In this document: positions 1-13,054 of the stretch, piece after piece
Numbering within the stretch: position 1 is the first letter of the stretch
Layout: every line of letters begins with the position of its first letter
NCBI RefSeq assembly: GCF_006345805.1
Contig: NC_042997.1
Span: 165,416,001-165,480,000, forward strand
Reading direction: 5' to 3'
DNA length: 64,000 nt
Source of the DNA: Octopus sinensis
Taxonomy: Eukaryota
Translations under genes and position numbers: made by a program
The notes under the pieces: model-generated
Databases searched by the model: none
What the model saw: only the letters and a program-made list of their open reading frames with translations
What the model was told of the DNA's origin: nothing

Positions 1-985
1 CCCATAACCATGTCTCACTACTACTATTTGCAACCATAACCATGTCTCACTACTACTGTTTGCAGCAACTATCCAACTATCTCTGGGAATCTACCATGCA
101 AAGCCTTCTCCTGCCAGTCAGATAGCTATTTTTTCTGGTTTTAACTTCGTTTCTTTTTTCTCCCGTGTCTTGCTGTGACTCTGGCAGCTCTTAATAAACT
201 TTCTTCACTATTACTTACATAGGAGTCTATATCTACTCTAGCTATCTACTCTAGCTAAATATACGCAGTCTTCTACTGATATTAACCCTCTTCCACCTTT
301 CTTTCTAGGTAAGTATAATCTCGCCACTCCTGCTCTCAGTTGGAGACCTCCGTTCATATTGAATTACCTCCTGGGTTTTCTATCTAGCTTTGCTAATTCA
401 GCTTTTGTCCAATCTACAAAAGCTGCAGAGCATCTAAGTAATGATACTGCCCAAGCATTTACAGCCTTCACTAGATTCGAACCATCTAGCTTTGGCCTCA
501 TTAGTTTCCTTACCCTCATGATGTACTCCTTCTCAATTTTCGTTTTCATTTCTATAGTTAGTATTCTGTCAAATTCTAATACTCCTAGATACTTATAACT
601 CTCTGCTTCTTTTAATGATTTCAGTGTTTGACCAGCTGGTAATTGGATGCCTTCACTGTTGATTACCTGTCCCCTTTCCATGACTAATATTGCACACTTA
701 TCTATGCCAAACTCCATACCTATATCTTTGATGAAGAATCTTACAGTCTGTATTAAGGAATCCATCTCTTTTTTATTCCTACTAAAAAGCTTCGGATCAT
801 CCATATAGAGAAAATGATTAATTTTTCCCTTACTATTTCCTTAATACTAAACTGAGGGGGATCAAACATAAGACAAATATTAAAGGGGATAACCAATCTC
901 CTTCGAAAATTCCTCTCTTGATACTAACCTTCCCTAAGACTGTGTCACCTGAGTAGAGTTCTACTTTCCATTTCTTCATGCTGAA
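1..985 (-). mobile_element. R4/Dong-clade (RLE-type) non-LTR retrotransposon fragment, RT region, degenerate
   Basis: Minus-strand translation gives HFLYMDDPKLF, GMEFGIDKCA, YKYLG, VKAVNAWAV. The element resumes after the mariner at about 1879-1920 (YDMIPYSWISECL). Confidence 0.8.
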
Positions 986-1878
986 GCTAATTCTCTTGCG
1001 TCATTAATTGAGAATAACCCACATTGCACAACCCGAGAATTGGCAGAAAGCCTCAACCTATCAAAATCCGTCGTTCATGAGCACCTGGTAAAGCTTGGGT
1101 AGACAAATCGCTACGATGTTTGGGTACCACATGAGTTGAGTGAGAAGAACCTTTTGGATCGCATTTCCATCTGTGATTCGCTTTATAAACGGAATGAAAA
1201 CACGCCTTTTTAAAGCAAATTGTGACAGGTGATGAGAAATGGAATATCTACCGAAATGTTCAAAGAAAGCGATCCTGGAGTAAACGACATGAGCCACTCT
1301 TAGCCACCTCAAAAGCGGGTCTTCCCCCTTAAAAAGTCTTGCTTTGTGTCTGTTGGGACTGGAAAGGAATTCTATACTATGAGCTTCTCCCAAGTAACCA
1401 GACAATTAATTCTGAGAAATACTACACACAACTGGACAAGTTAAAAGCAGCAATTCAAGAGAAACGTCCAGAATTGGCCAACAGGAAGGGTGTTGTTTTC
1501 CAACATGATAATGCAAGACTGCACATTTCTTTGGGAACCAGACAAAAATTGCTGCAGCTCGGCTGAGATGTGTTACCCCATCCTCCATATTCACCAGATA
1601 TGGCTCCTTCGGATTTCCACTTATTCAGGTCTCTGCAGAATAGTCTTAATGGTAAAAATTTCAATTCCTTGGATGACGTAAAAAGATACCTTGATGAATT
1701 CTTTGCCATGAAACCACCTCAATTCTGGGAAGAGGGTATTTTCAAGTTAAAGGAAAGATGGAGACGCATTGTGCAACAAAATGTTTCATATTTGGTTGAT
1801 TAAAAATGTAATGGCAAGTATTTAGTGACCTTTTCCTTTCTTTTAAAAATCGGCACGAACTTTCCGGACAACCCAATA
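986..1878 (+). mobile_element. Mariner (DD34D) DNA transposon, 5' part missing, with stops/frameshifts
   Basis: Motifs IVTGDEKW, HDNARLH, HPPYSPDMAPSDFHLFRSLQN. Right TIR AAAATCGGCACGAACTTTCCGGACAACCCAA is followed by TA at 1877-1878. Confidence 0.92.
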
Positions 1879-2039
1879 TTTAAGCATTCACTTATCCACG
1901 AGTATGGGATCATGTCATATTGAATATACTCAAACATTCACTTATCCATGGATGTGGGACTGAATATACTTAGACATCCACTTATCGATGAGCGTAGGAT
2001 TATCATCATCATCATCATCATCATCATCATTATTATTAA

Positions 2040-2442
2040 GGTAGAGAGTAGGCAGAATCGTTAGCACGCCGGACAAAATCCTGAGTGGCATTTCGTCCGT
2101 CTTTACGTTCTGAGTTCAAATTCCACGGAGGTCGGCTTTGCCTTTCTTCCTTTCGAAGTCGATAAGATAAGTAGCAGTTGAGCTCTGGGGTCAATGTAAT
2201 CGACTTATTCCCTCCCCTGAAATTTCTGGCCTGGTGCCAAAATTTGAATTATTCGCATGACGGACAAAATGCTTAGCGGCAATTCGTCTATCTTTACGTT
2301 TCTAGTTCAAATTCCGCCGGGGTTGACTTTGCCTTTCATCCTTTTTGGGGTCGATGGAATAAGTACCAGATAAGCACTGGGCCGATGAAATCGACTTATT
2401 CTCAACCCCAAAATTTCGGACCTTATGCCTATAGTAGAAAGA
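2040..2442 (+). mobile_element. Two adjacent tRNA-derived SINE copies (family with GCCTTTCATCCTTTCGGGGTCGATAA core, Meta-domain-like)
   Basis: A-box-like GGCAGAATCGTTAGC, B-box GAGTTCAAATTCC, and a core shared with many copies in the window. Confidence 0.8.
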
Positions 2443-2599
2443 ATTGTTATTATTACCATTTTTTTTTTAAATATTGAAGCTTCTGACAATGTTACCTCCA
2501 GTTGGCACGTCTGAAGCATGACTGAGTCAGTGACGCAAATTCCGCCTTTGATTTTTCGAAGATCTTGAAATGAACTCCGACTTCAAACTTCATGAAGAA

Positions 2600-3500
2600 A
2601 CCGCACAAAGAAGCATTCGTGTTGACTAGAGTATGAACTGTATACATTTCAAATTGCACTATCAAAATTTGTCAGGCTGGAAAGCCTTGCTCTTTTTTGT
2701 TTCAGAAGGATCATACTAGTACACCTTGGAAAAAGCTGCATGTATTGTCTCTTGGAGGTTGTGAACGCAGTGCAGTTGTCAGGGTGAAGTAAACTCGCTG
2801 GCCATATTTTAAGAGAACAAGGTGTTGATTTCTGGGGCATCTTTCATGATTGGGTAAATAAAAAACACCAGTAAGCTTTATTGTTGTCAATGCATTGTCT
2901 CGGCTTGAATTGGGTAGCTTCATTGTGGTTGATTTGTAAAATTTCAAGCATAGATCCTCTGCTGTTTGTAGACATAGTTATTCTGTTATTCTTTTATTAG
3001 TTTCAGAGAAATACAGAGCTTAACATTAATGTGAACATTAAATGTCTGAGTCATGGATGAGCAGTGGGGAACTAACCATCTATTATCCTTTATGTGCTGT
3101 CCAATCAAAGTTCAGAAGCCGTGATACTTTGATGTGTTTCATCTACAAGAAAGACAGTAATTTTTATATGTTTAACTATATTTGACAAAAATGGTTGAAA
3201 ACCGTTTGATGTGTTTTTTGTCTTCCTTGTTCGGTGAATTCCTGCTGAAAGCTCCTCTGGGATCAGTAATCATCAGGGTTTCCGCTTCGAATAGAAAACT
3301 CTGGCTAAAAGACCATGTCTGTATTTAGCCTGGAAGAACCTCCAATTAAATTTCTTTCAGTTTGGGACTGCAGGTAAATGTTTTGGGAAGCCGAAGCCAT
3401 GAAAATATGCCATAACATCCTAGACTCGTTTAAGGGTTACCAGTAACCAAGCTCTCCTCATGATACATCATTATTGATTAAATCTTATAATGTATATAAA
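2600..3500 (-). mobile_element. Degenerate Helitron Rep coding relic
   Basis: Minus-strand DNRWLVPHCSSMTQTFNVHINV and FYLPNHERCP resemble Helitron Rep motifs DNRWVVPY..LS..FNAHINVE and F.IHER.P. Confidence 0.65.
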
Positions 3501-4514
3501 ATGTAATCGTCAATTCTTTTTAGCGAGTTTTAATTTAGCACAATTTCTCTGATTCCATATTTCAAAAAAGATGGAAGGATTTGGCTTCGGAGCAGTGGCC
3601 GAAGGAGTTACCTCAAACAATGAAGTTTTAGACACAGCTGTACGAAAACGAAATAGATTTTAAAGAATTTGATCCGGCCTGTAAAATTCTTAGGTGTTGT
3701 TCATTTTTTTGTCACCATTGACATGAAGAAATTATTGCAGAATATCACAGGATCTATGAATCTCATATTCTTGAGTGCTGTTTCGCAATTCTGAATGATG
3801 TTTCTTTTGCCACGAAGTTCTCCATTCATAATGGGAGAAGCTTTCTTACACTAAGATGCATTGTAATGGCGTGCACGTACTCCAGGCCTTTTGTTTTCCC
3901 TAATGGCAATTTGAAATTCAACGCATACTTGAAACTTCTGAAATAGCTGCCCTCCATGAACCATCTCTTTCTATCTCTCCCACTCATTCTTTTTCTTATT
4001 CTTTGAGATTTTCTTTTCTCTTTTATATCTCCTTTTTAATGGCATTTCCATATCTTCTTGCACTCGAATTAAATACTGAGCGCTTGAATTTGCAAAACCA
4101 CCTGCGTTTTTGTGTTACCTGACAATACTAATTGCATTTAAAAGTATATTTCTTCCATTTTTCTTGAACTTACGATCATGTTTGATTATTATATGTGTTG
4201 TTAATAAATGGGAAAACTGCGTTTGATCTTACCTGTAATTGAACCAACACCTGTAAAATTTGAGAATTTGACTTCTTTCTTAAATTATTTGAAATAAATC
4301 TTTAAAAAGAAATGAAAAAGATGAGGGTAAGATGTAATAATATGAGATTTCCAATAAAATAAAAAGTTATAATGATTAGAGTACAAAGAAGATAAATAAG
4401 CGGACAAACTAAGAGTACCAAGAAAGAGAAAAGAAAGCAGAGGGGTGAAAAAAGTGTTGATAATATTGGTTTCAAAGATTGGCACAAGGCCATCGATTCT
4501 GTGGGTGGGGTTAA

Positions 4515-4685
4515 GTCTATGTGAAGATTAAATGTCTGGGTCAGGGGTGAACAGTAAGGAACTAACCATCGATTATCCTTTTTGTATCGTCCAGTCAAAG
4601 TTCAGAAGCCTTGGTACTCTAATGTGTTTCTTCTACAAGAAAGACAGTTAATTTTCATGTTTGACTATATTTGACAAAAATGGCA
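4515..4685 (-). mobile_element. Second copy of a ~170-bp piece of the Helitron relic
   Basis: Clearly similar to about 3030-3195 (ACTAACCATC...CTACAAGAAAGACAGT...CTATATTTGACAAAAATGG); encodes DNRWLVPYCSPLTQTFNLHI. Confidence 0.7.
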
Positions 4686-4694
4686 AAGTTCACC

Positions 4695-5870
4695 ACGGCA
4701 GAATTTGAACTCAGAACGTAAGGGCGGGCGAAAAGCTACTGAGCATTTTGTCTGGCGTGCCAACAATTCTGCCAGCTCACCACCTTGGTTTCAAATTTTG
4801 GCACAAAGTCAGTAATTTAGGTAGAACGGTAAAGTCCATTACATCGACTCCGCTAGTCGATTGCATTGATCTCAGTGCTAAACTGGTACTTATTTTATCA
4901 ACCCCGAAAGGATGAAAGACAAAGTCAATCCCGGCGGCATTTGAACCCAAAACGTAAAGACAGACGAAACTCCGGTAGGCATTTTGCCCGGCGTACTAAC
5001 GATTCTGCCAGCTCGCCGCCTAAATTGTTGATAATATTAGAATAGCAGCTGATGAGTGAGCAGGCAAAATCATTAACACAAAATGCTTACTGGTATTTCG
5101 GGCCAAATGCTTACTGATATTTCGTCCGTCTTCAGGTTATGAGTTCAAATGCCGCTGGGTTAGACTTTGCTTTTCATTCTTTCGGGGTTGATAAAATAAG
5201 TACCAGTTTAGCACTGAAGTCAATGCAATCGACTAACACCCTTCCCCGAAATTGCAGGCCTTGTGCCAAAATTTGAAACCAATTTTAGAATAGCAGCTGA
5301 TGGGTGAGCTGGGAGAATCATTAGCATGCAGGGCAAAATAATGAGTGGCATTTCGTCCTAAGTTCAAATCGCGCCGGAATTGACTTTGCCTTTCATCCTT
5401 TCGGAGTCGATAAAATAAGTACTAGCTGAGCACTGGGTCAATGTAATCCGTTTAGCCCCTCTCCCGAAATTGTTGGTCTTATGCCAAAGTTTGAAACCAA
5501 TATCAGAATAAAAGAGATGGTTAAGAATAAATATAAGACGACGGAGAAAGATGAAAATAGAAAGTATGGGACAAAGAGAAGGAATAATATAACAGAAAGA
5601 CTAGAAGCAGCAAAGCTTTCGACGAGAAGGCGAGCAAGGCGGTGAACTGGCAGAAACGTTAGCACGTTGGGTGAAATGCTTAGCGGTATTTCATCTGCCG
5701 TTACGTTCTGAGTTCAAATTCTGCCGAGGTCAACTTTGCCTTTCATCCTTTCTAGGTCGATAAATTTAGTACCATTTACGCACTGGGGTCGATGTAATCG
5801 ACTTAATCCCTTTGTCCGTCCTTGTTTGTCCCCTCTATGTTTAGCTCCTTGTGGGCAATAAAGAAATAAG
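4695..5870. mobile_element. Cluster of five SINE copies of the Meta-like family (two minus, three plus)
   Basis: Repeated head, B-box and core at about 4695-4785(-), 4790-5020(-), 5050-5280(+), 5300-5500(+), 5638-5870(+). Confidence 0.8.
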
Positions 5871-6695
5871 AAGACGAGGATAATAGAATACACAGAGTCA
5901 GTATTGTGGAGACAGAATAGGACCAAAGTATAGTTAGATATAGAAAAGGTTGGAGACGAGATGGAACTACATACATACAGACTTTCTCAAATGTGATGTT
6001 TTGTAATACATACTTAAGTATACACCCATGCACCGACACTCACCCATACACACACGAGCGTGCGCGTATATATATTTATATATATGCCATGCAGAATTCA
6101 AGTTTAGTCGGATATTGACCGTGTTTCCAATTCATTTGTACTTTCTTGTTTTGCCATGACAATCTTCACGTATAAAACTTGCAAGTTCTAATGACTATGA
6201 ATATCCGTTTAAAATCCAGTTATGTTGGAATTTTAGCTGCATAAATACATAGATGCATACATATACACAGATATACACACACACACACACACATATGATC
6301 TGTTGAAAACATCAAAAGATATAAAAACAAATTTCCATTTCCGACATAAAAAATAATTATTTTAAGTAGTCATCATGCAGGTTAATATAGCTTAATTTGG
6401 GTAATTAGAGATAATCTTTTCAAGTAAAATAATGACCTGGATGAATGAGTTGCATAGTTTTACACGGTTAACATTTCGCTTCTCACCACCTGACAGTAGG
6501 AATTAAGGATTTGCTAATTTGATTCGGTTAACAGTCGGTGGATTATTGATATTATGAAATGGTAGTCAATAACCTTTTAGTTGAACAGTAGCCACTATTC
6601 TAAGTATAGATGAAATCCCGAATTTTTTACAGATAGCCTCCAGCTGTGAATACGCAAATAACTAATATATTGATTTTTCGCACTGCATTTTCGCA

Positions 6696-6767
<72 letters not shown>

Positions 6768-6768
<1 letters not shown>

Positions 6769-6992
6769 GAGGGGATGCTAAAAACTTCCTGGCTTGGGAT
6801 GAAAGAAAATACAGGAAGATCAGTTAATTATGATTTAATTCAACATATTTCCCCTCTGAGATTCACACACTTATTGCAGCGGTCCTTCATTTTTCCTAAG
6901 CCCTGTAAAAGAACTTGGAGGGCTGGGCTGGGCGCCTCCAACCAGGCCTTTCATGATACCCTTAAAGCCAGGAACTTTTCAACATTCCCTCG
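6768..6992. mobile_element. Mariner-type MITE inside a (TA)n tract
   Basis: Imperfect ~28-bp TIRs TGAGGGGATGCTAAAAACTTCCTGGCTT / AAGCCAGGAACTTTTCAACATTCCCTCG. Confidence 0.75.
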
Positions 6993-7056
6993 TGTGTGTG
7001 TGTACGTACATATATATATGTGTGTGTGTACATACATACATACATACATACATACA

Positions 7057-7086
<30 letters not shown>

Positions 7087-7087
<1 letters not shown>

Positions 7088-7600
7088 GTAAAGGAAAATC
7101 TGAAGAGAAGATTGGGGCTAATTCTAGGCTCCCAGAGTAGTTCTTTCGTTTTATTATGTGTACAAACATAATCGAGGTACACTTCGACTGGTGTACAAGG
7201 ATATGACTAAGCGTAACCTGAGAAGATTCAACATCGATAACTGCAGCTGAACAGCAGCAGCTGGGGACATAAACCGGTGAAGATATCGGTTCGCTACGGA
7301 TATCAGTAGCAGACGACTTTTCAAACAGACGATCATTTGTGGTGGTGGGAAGGGGAGACAATGACGATAATGCGGATGATGATAATGATGATGACACTTG
7401 TGCTTGTGCATTAACTACGTGTATAATGTAAACGAGCTTTGGTCTCATTCGCCGTGTATTCATACTAAGCACTTAATCTTACTTCCCCTACCTATTATTT
7501 GGTGTTAGTGATTTTGTTGTACTGTTTAATGAATTGCACTGTAAATATCGAGAAAAAAAAATTGTATATTTCTGTGTTTATACATCATTGGAATTTTACA
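7087..7600. mobile_element. Possible solo LTR (~514 bp)
   Basis: Begins TGTAAA and ends TTTACA. No clear TSD because the left flank is microsatellite. Confidence 0.35.
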
Positions 7601-7703
7601 TCAAACTGTCCTTGAAGTGTTAAACACTACGACATCTCCCATTTTCACCAGCAACACGGTAATGCTGTAAAGCCCACTGACAAGGGTAGTGATGTGACAG
7701 TAA

Positions 7704-7936
7704 GGCGGCGAGCTGGCAGAAACGTTAGCACGCCGGACAAAATGCGTAGCGGTGTTTCGTCTGCCATTACGTTCTGAGTTCAAATTCCGCCGAGGTCGAC
7801 TTTGTCTTTCAGCCTTTCGGGGTCGATTAAATAAGTACCAGTTACGCACTGGGGTCGATATAATCGACTTAATCCGTGTGTCCGTCCTTGTTTGTCTTCT
7901 CTGTGTTTAGCCCCTTGTGGGTAGTAAAGAAATAAG
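7704..7936 (+). mobile_element. Full-length Meta-like SINE with GCCCCTTGTGGG..AAAGAAATA tail
   Basis: Matches copies at 5638, 12705(-), 49205(-), 56957 and 59213(-). Confidence 0.88.
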
Positions 7937-8029
7937 TGTGGTGATCTCACCTCCACAAAGCTGAAGTACTTCGGCAGTACATCAACTCTTTGTTCTACTG
8001 TAAATGACTTTTGACCATGCTCCTATCAA

Positions 8030-8217
8030 CAAACATCTTATGTCCGACATATCCGTTAACTCTTCTCCTCTCCTCATTTCTCCCTCCCGCAGCCATTAAC
8101 GTGATCGCTGGGAGATCATATACATCTATCATCTACTTTCTACCCAATGTTTTTATAACCAACAACCCCGGTTGTGCCACCGTTTTCGCCAACAACTGTT
8201 TCGCCGAACTCTTCTCA
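8030..8217 (+). mobile_element. Penelope-like element RT relic, left part
   Basis: IYFLPNVFITNNPGCATVFANNCFAELFS resembles Penelope FY.LPKIHK.NNPGRPIVS..C.TELIS; it continues at 11021. Confidence 0.6.
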
Positions 8218-11020
8218 ACATGGACACACTCTGCACTCTGTGATGGAGTTTTCAGCATAGCCGGCTACAACCTGTTCCGCAAAGACCGCATTAATCGCCG
8301 TGGAGGGGGTGTGATGATTTATGTTCGATCAAGTCTATCGGCGATCCCCTGTGATGATTTGAACCAATCTCAGCAGGAGGTATTTTTCTGCAATATACAC
8401 ATGACCATGTCAACACTTCTGCTCGGAGTCGTTTACCGTCCTCCAAATTATCGCCAAGACGCACAGCTTTTTGATATCCTCAGAGCTGCTGCCATGAAAA
8501 CAGCCACATATGTGTATATTGCGGGGGACTTCAATTTCCCTGAGATTGACTGGGAGGCCTTCCGTTGGCCGCAAAGTGCAGACGATTTCCTTGCACTGGT
8601 GCTGAATTCAAATTGGTCCCAAGTTGTTACCTCCCGCACAAGGGGTAACAACACTTTGGATCTGCTACTTACCGCTTCTCCTGAAACAATCATTAGTGTC
8701 ACTACCGAAGAACCTTTAGGTGACTCTGATCATTCCATGATCATGGCCGACTTGTCTCTGATTGGTTGTAACAAAAAACACAACCATCTTCAGACTGCCC
8801 GATTTGACTGGAATAAAGCAAACTGGAGCTCTTATTGTACTGGGCTGCAACGCCCAAACTGGCGCGAATTTTATGCCTCTGGAGATGTGGACACTATACT
8901 CCAGAACATTCTGAATTCAATATGGGCAGCATGTGCAGCATCAGTACCACGCAAGCACAATAAACCACCCAATAGTGCAATTTGGGAGACTGCAGCAGTC
9001 CGACTTGCCAGGAAAGAACGCCGTAATGCTGAACGGGAATACAAATTGCACAAATCAGAGAGCAACAGGAAAAAGCGCAATAGGTCAGCCAACCACCTCA
9101 AGCAGGTGACAAAAAGGCAGTGCTTGAATTTGAACAACGTATTGCAGCTAACCCTGACAGCAAAGTGTTCTGGAAGTATGTGCACTCAAAGCAGAGACCC
9201 CATTCTCCAGTTGGTCCCCTTCGCAATCCCCACACAGGACAGATTACTGGCAATCCCAAAGAATGTGCAGAAATCATTGCTGGATGCTATGCCGGCATCT
9301 TTACTGTCGAAGACCAAAATGTTCCATCTTCATTACCACTAACATCGGACTCTATATCTACTATGCAATTTACACCAGCAATGCTGCAACGCTACCTAAA
9401 GAATAAACGCAATTATGCCTCTCCTGGTCTCGATGGTGTTACATACCTACTTCTCAAACGCGGTGGGTACTTTCTTCTAAGCCAACTTTCTCTATTCTTC
9501 CAATTCTGTCTTGACAATGGTGTTACTCCAGAACAGTGGAAAACTGCCAGTGTCATCTCTCTGTTCAAAAAAGGCGACCGCACATCGCCTGTCAACTATC
9601 TAGCTGCATCGCCAAACTGATGGAATCCTGTATCAGAGAAACCCTCTGGAACTTCTGGAAGTCTCACAGCCTCATCCAGCCGTCACAATTCGGATTTATT
9701 CCTAACTCCAGCTGCTGTAATCAACTCATCGAGTTTCTTGAGGACGTTACCCAAATCACTGATCGCGGATCCTGGGTGGATGTTGTTTATCTGGACTTTG
9801 CTAAGGCTTTTAACTCTGTGCCACACAAAAGACTTATGGTGAAGCTTTCTGCGTTGGGTGTAAGAGACGAACTCTGTAACTGGTTGAAGTCCTTTATTTT
9901 CAGCCGAAAAGAGGTTGTCACAGTTCTAGGACAGCACTCTTCGCCCTATGAGATGACATCTGGTGTACCACAGGGATCTGTTCTTGGCCCCCTTTTATTT
10001 GTTGCATATGTTAATGACATAGATGCCAATTTAAAGAATGCCACAGTGCTGAAATATGCAGATGACATCAAGCTGTACCTCGAAATAAAGAGGTCAAATC
10101 CTGTACACTATAGATCTCTATTGCAAGCAGACCTGGACACAATGCAGCAGTGGATCATGGACTGGCAACTCAAGCTGGCTGTGGACAAATGTACCACCAT
10201 GCATTTTGGGAGGAGAAACCCAGCGTCCACCTACTCCCTCCACAACACTAGTCTCAAAAAGTCTTCATGTGAACGTGACCTGGGTGTTATTGTCGACAGT
10301 GATTTGCGTTGGACAAAACACATCGCTAAAATTGTCAAGAAGACTGGGGGTGTCTTGGCATCACTCACCAAATCCTTTGTGAGCCGCTCTCCGGCTATCT
10401 ATCTGCGGCTTTATATAGCTATGGTAAGACCTCACCTGGAATTTGCATCACCGGTCTGGAACCCCTATCTTACCCAGGATATCAATCGTCTGGAAGCTGT
10501 TCAGCGACGTGCAACCAAAAGAATACCCTCCATCAGGCATTTGCCATATCCTGGACGCCTTACTTCCCTGGGCATGGACACATTGAAACTCCGACGTCTG
10601 GCAGCTGACTTGGCAGACACCCATAAAATTATCAACCATCGTACAAACAATAACTCTGAGCACCTTTTCAAACTCCACCCATCTAACACCCGTGGACATA
10701 TTTACAAAGTAAGAAAACAGCACAGCTCCCATGACTTCAGGAAACATTTTTTCACGCTGAGAGTTGCTGAAGCATGGAACAAACTGCCGGCATCAGTTGT
10801 TAGTTGTCGGAGCACTGCATCCTTCAAAACTTCCATGCTTCCTGAGATTCGCCAACACTACACTTGATTTTCTCCCCTCCATACACACACAAGCATGTAT
10901 CTGACTCATACATTGTTCGCTTTCCAGACATTTCTACATTACTGCATGTACTTTATATGCACTTTCTGACAAGTTGTGGTGCACCTGAGCACTGTATACA
11001 ATAATTTCATTATATTATAT
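8218..11020 (+). mobile_element. CR1-clade LINE, 5'-truncated ORF2 (APE endonuclease + RT) with 3' UTR
   Basis: APE motifs GYNLFRKDR..GGGV, GDFNFP, LDLLLT, SDH. RT motifs QFGF, YLDFAKAF, GVPQGSVLGPLLF, YADD, RPHLEFASPVW, WNKLP. Frameshift near 9115, small deletion near 9600, stop at 10867, short ATT-rich tail. Confidence 0.93.
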
Positions 11021-11650
11021 AAATACTTAGACCAGCTATTCTCACCCTTGATTGCAGTTCTCTTACATCCACAACATAAATGACGCTCTCTGTCTCTTAG
11101 TATCCTTCTTTTTTCTCTCTGGTTCCTCTTAACTCTTTTCCACTATGGACGTTAAGCACCTTTATATTGTCATCCCCACAAGAACAGTCCCCTACCTTTA
11201 AAATACTTCCGTTATACTACATTCGAGTCCAGCGTCACAACTTCCCTCCACTTCGATGAACTCGTCTTCACGATCAACAATTTCTCTTTTTCCGTAAAGG
11301 TCTTTGCCGCTTGTATATTATCATCTCATATATTTTGGTATTAACTTGTGGGTTGGGGCGTAGCGTGCCAATTCCGCCTGTCTCCAGATCTCGTTCGCGA
11401 TTTTAATGATCAAGTTCATACTCCCATACATTATCGATCTGCTCACCGGTCAGAGCTTCTTCTAATTCTCCCTTTGTGATATATAAAAACACTCTACAGG
11501 TTTTGAGAGACAGGGATTCGTTATTCACCTCCTGGTCTATTCCTGAATATATTCCTTGAGTAAGAAGGCACTGCCTTTGTAAGATGAGTCTCCCGTACCT
11601 GTTACTTTCCCTGGAGCCCAACTATGTCCAACATTTGTTTTGACAGTCCC
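11021..11650 (+). mobile_element. Penelope-like element RT relic, right part
   Basis: KYLDQLFSPL (11021), TMDVKHLYIVIP (~11143) and ELVFTINNFSF (~11258) are characteristic of Penelope RT; heavily decayed. Confidence 0.7.
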
Positions 11651-12544
11651 CGCTCATAAAGCTGTTAATATTTTGACCGTCGCCGCTTCCATGAATGCCT
11701 GATTTTATAAATGTTATTGTGTGTAACTGTTATTGTTTTTTTCTGTGTTATCTTTTTTTAAAGTATCATTTTTTTCTCTTTTTTCGTGGGCTGCAAATTT
11801 TGTCATCATTTTTGTGGGAACTTTCTACTACCACCATTTTATAGAATGTAATGTTTACAATTCTTTCTCTTGCCTGAAAGTAAAACAGAATTGTTTCAAA
11901 ATGTGAAGTGTTTTCCTCCCTCAATTGGGGGAGGGAATAAACACTAAAAAACACCCCTTCCCCTCTATGCAAGAAAGGCATAAGGTCTTTGATTTTTTCA
12001 CAAAGTAAAGAAATACGGTTATATAACTGTATATATTTCTCACTGATGTAATGCGTGATAATATTTTATAAATAACTGAAAAAACGATTCAAAACAAACA
12101 CCTAATGTAAAAGCAATACAACAACAAATTGCAAACTATAATATGTTTGTCCAGATATTAAAGCACAAAGTATTTACACATATTTGCCAGACAAAACAGA
12201 AAATACCACGAGTTTGTTGATGTCGAATGATTGGAGATAACACAGATTTATCAATAGCGTTGATTGATTATCGAATATCATTTAATTTGCCCCTTTATAG
12301 ATTACTAAATGCACCCTGCATTTCTATAGTACATAAAGAATATTGAGATCCACTGGGATTCTAAAAAGCTTTTATATTTGCTTAAAAACTAAAAAAAATA
12401 TTATTTAGATTTCATGGAAGGAAGTGATTAAACATTGATTTCGAAGTTATTTTTTGAAACACCAAATTAATTCACTTCACTTAACTACATCAAAATCGTT
12501 GAAACCAGTAGTTGTTTTACCACAACATCTTTGCAAAACATTAG

Positions 12545-12947
12545 TTTTAAATTTTGGCACAAAGCCAGCAACTTCGGAGAAGGGTGCTAGTCGATTACAT
12601 TGACCCCAGTGCTAAACTGGTACTCAATTTATCGACCTCGAAAGGATCAAAAGCAAAGTCGACCCCAGCGACATTTGAATTCAAGACGTAAATATGGACG
12701 AAGTACCTATTTCTTTACTACCCACAAGGGGCTAAACACAGGGAAGTGGGGGGGACAAACAAGGACAGACAAATGGATTAAGTTGATTATATCGACCCCA
12801 GTGCGTAACTGGTACTTATTTAATCGACCCCGAAAGGATGAAAGGCAAAGTCGACCTCGGCGGAATTTGAACTGAGAACGTAGCGGCAGACGAAATACGG
12901 CTACGCATTTCGCCCGGCGTTCTAACGTTTCTGCCAGCTCGCCGCCT
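12545..12947 (-). mobile_element. Nested pair of Meta-like SINEs
   Basis: An older copy at 12545-12705 is interrupted at GACGAAGTACC by a full copy at 12706-12947. Confidence 0.8.
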
Positions 12948-12949
12948 TA

Positions 12950-13041
<92 letters not shown>

Positions 13042-13050
13042 AAGAAGAAG
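12948..13050. repeat. Compound microsatellite (GAT)n(AAT)n(AAG)n
   Basis: Directly visible. Confidence 0.97.
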
Positions 13051-13054
13051 AATT

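Noticed and set aside
11905-11946. Hairpin AGTGTTTTCCTCCCTC/GAGGGAATAAACACT downstream of the Penelope relic
   Set aside because: No ribozyme core around it; short and unassigned.
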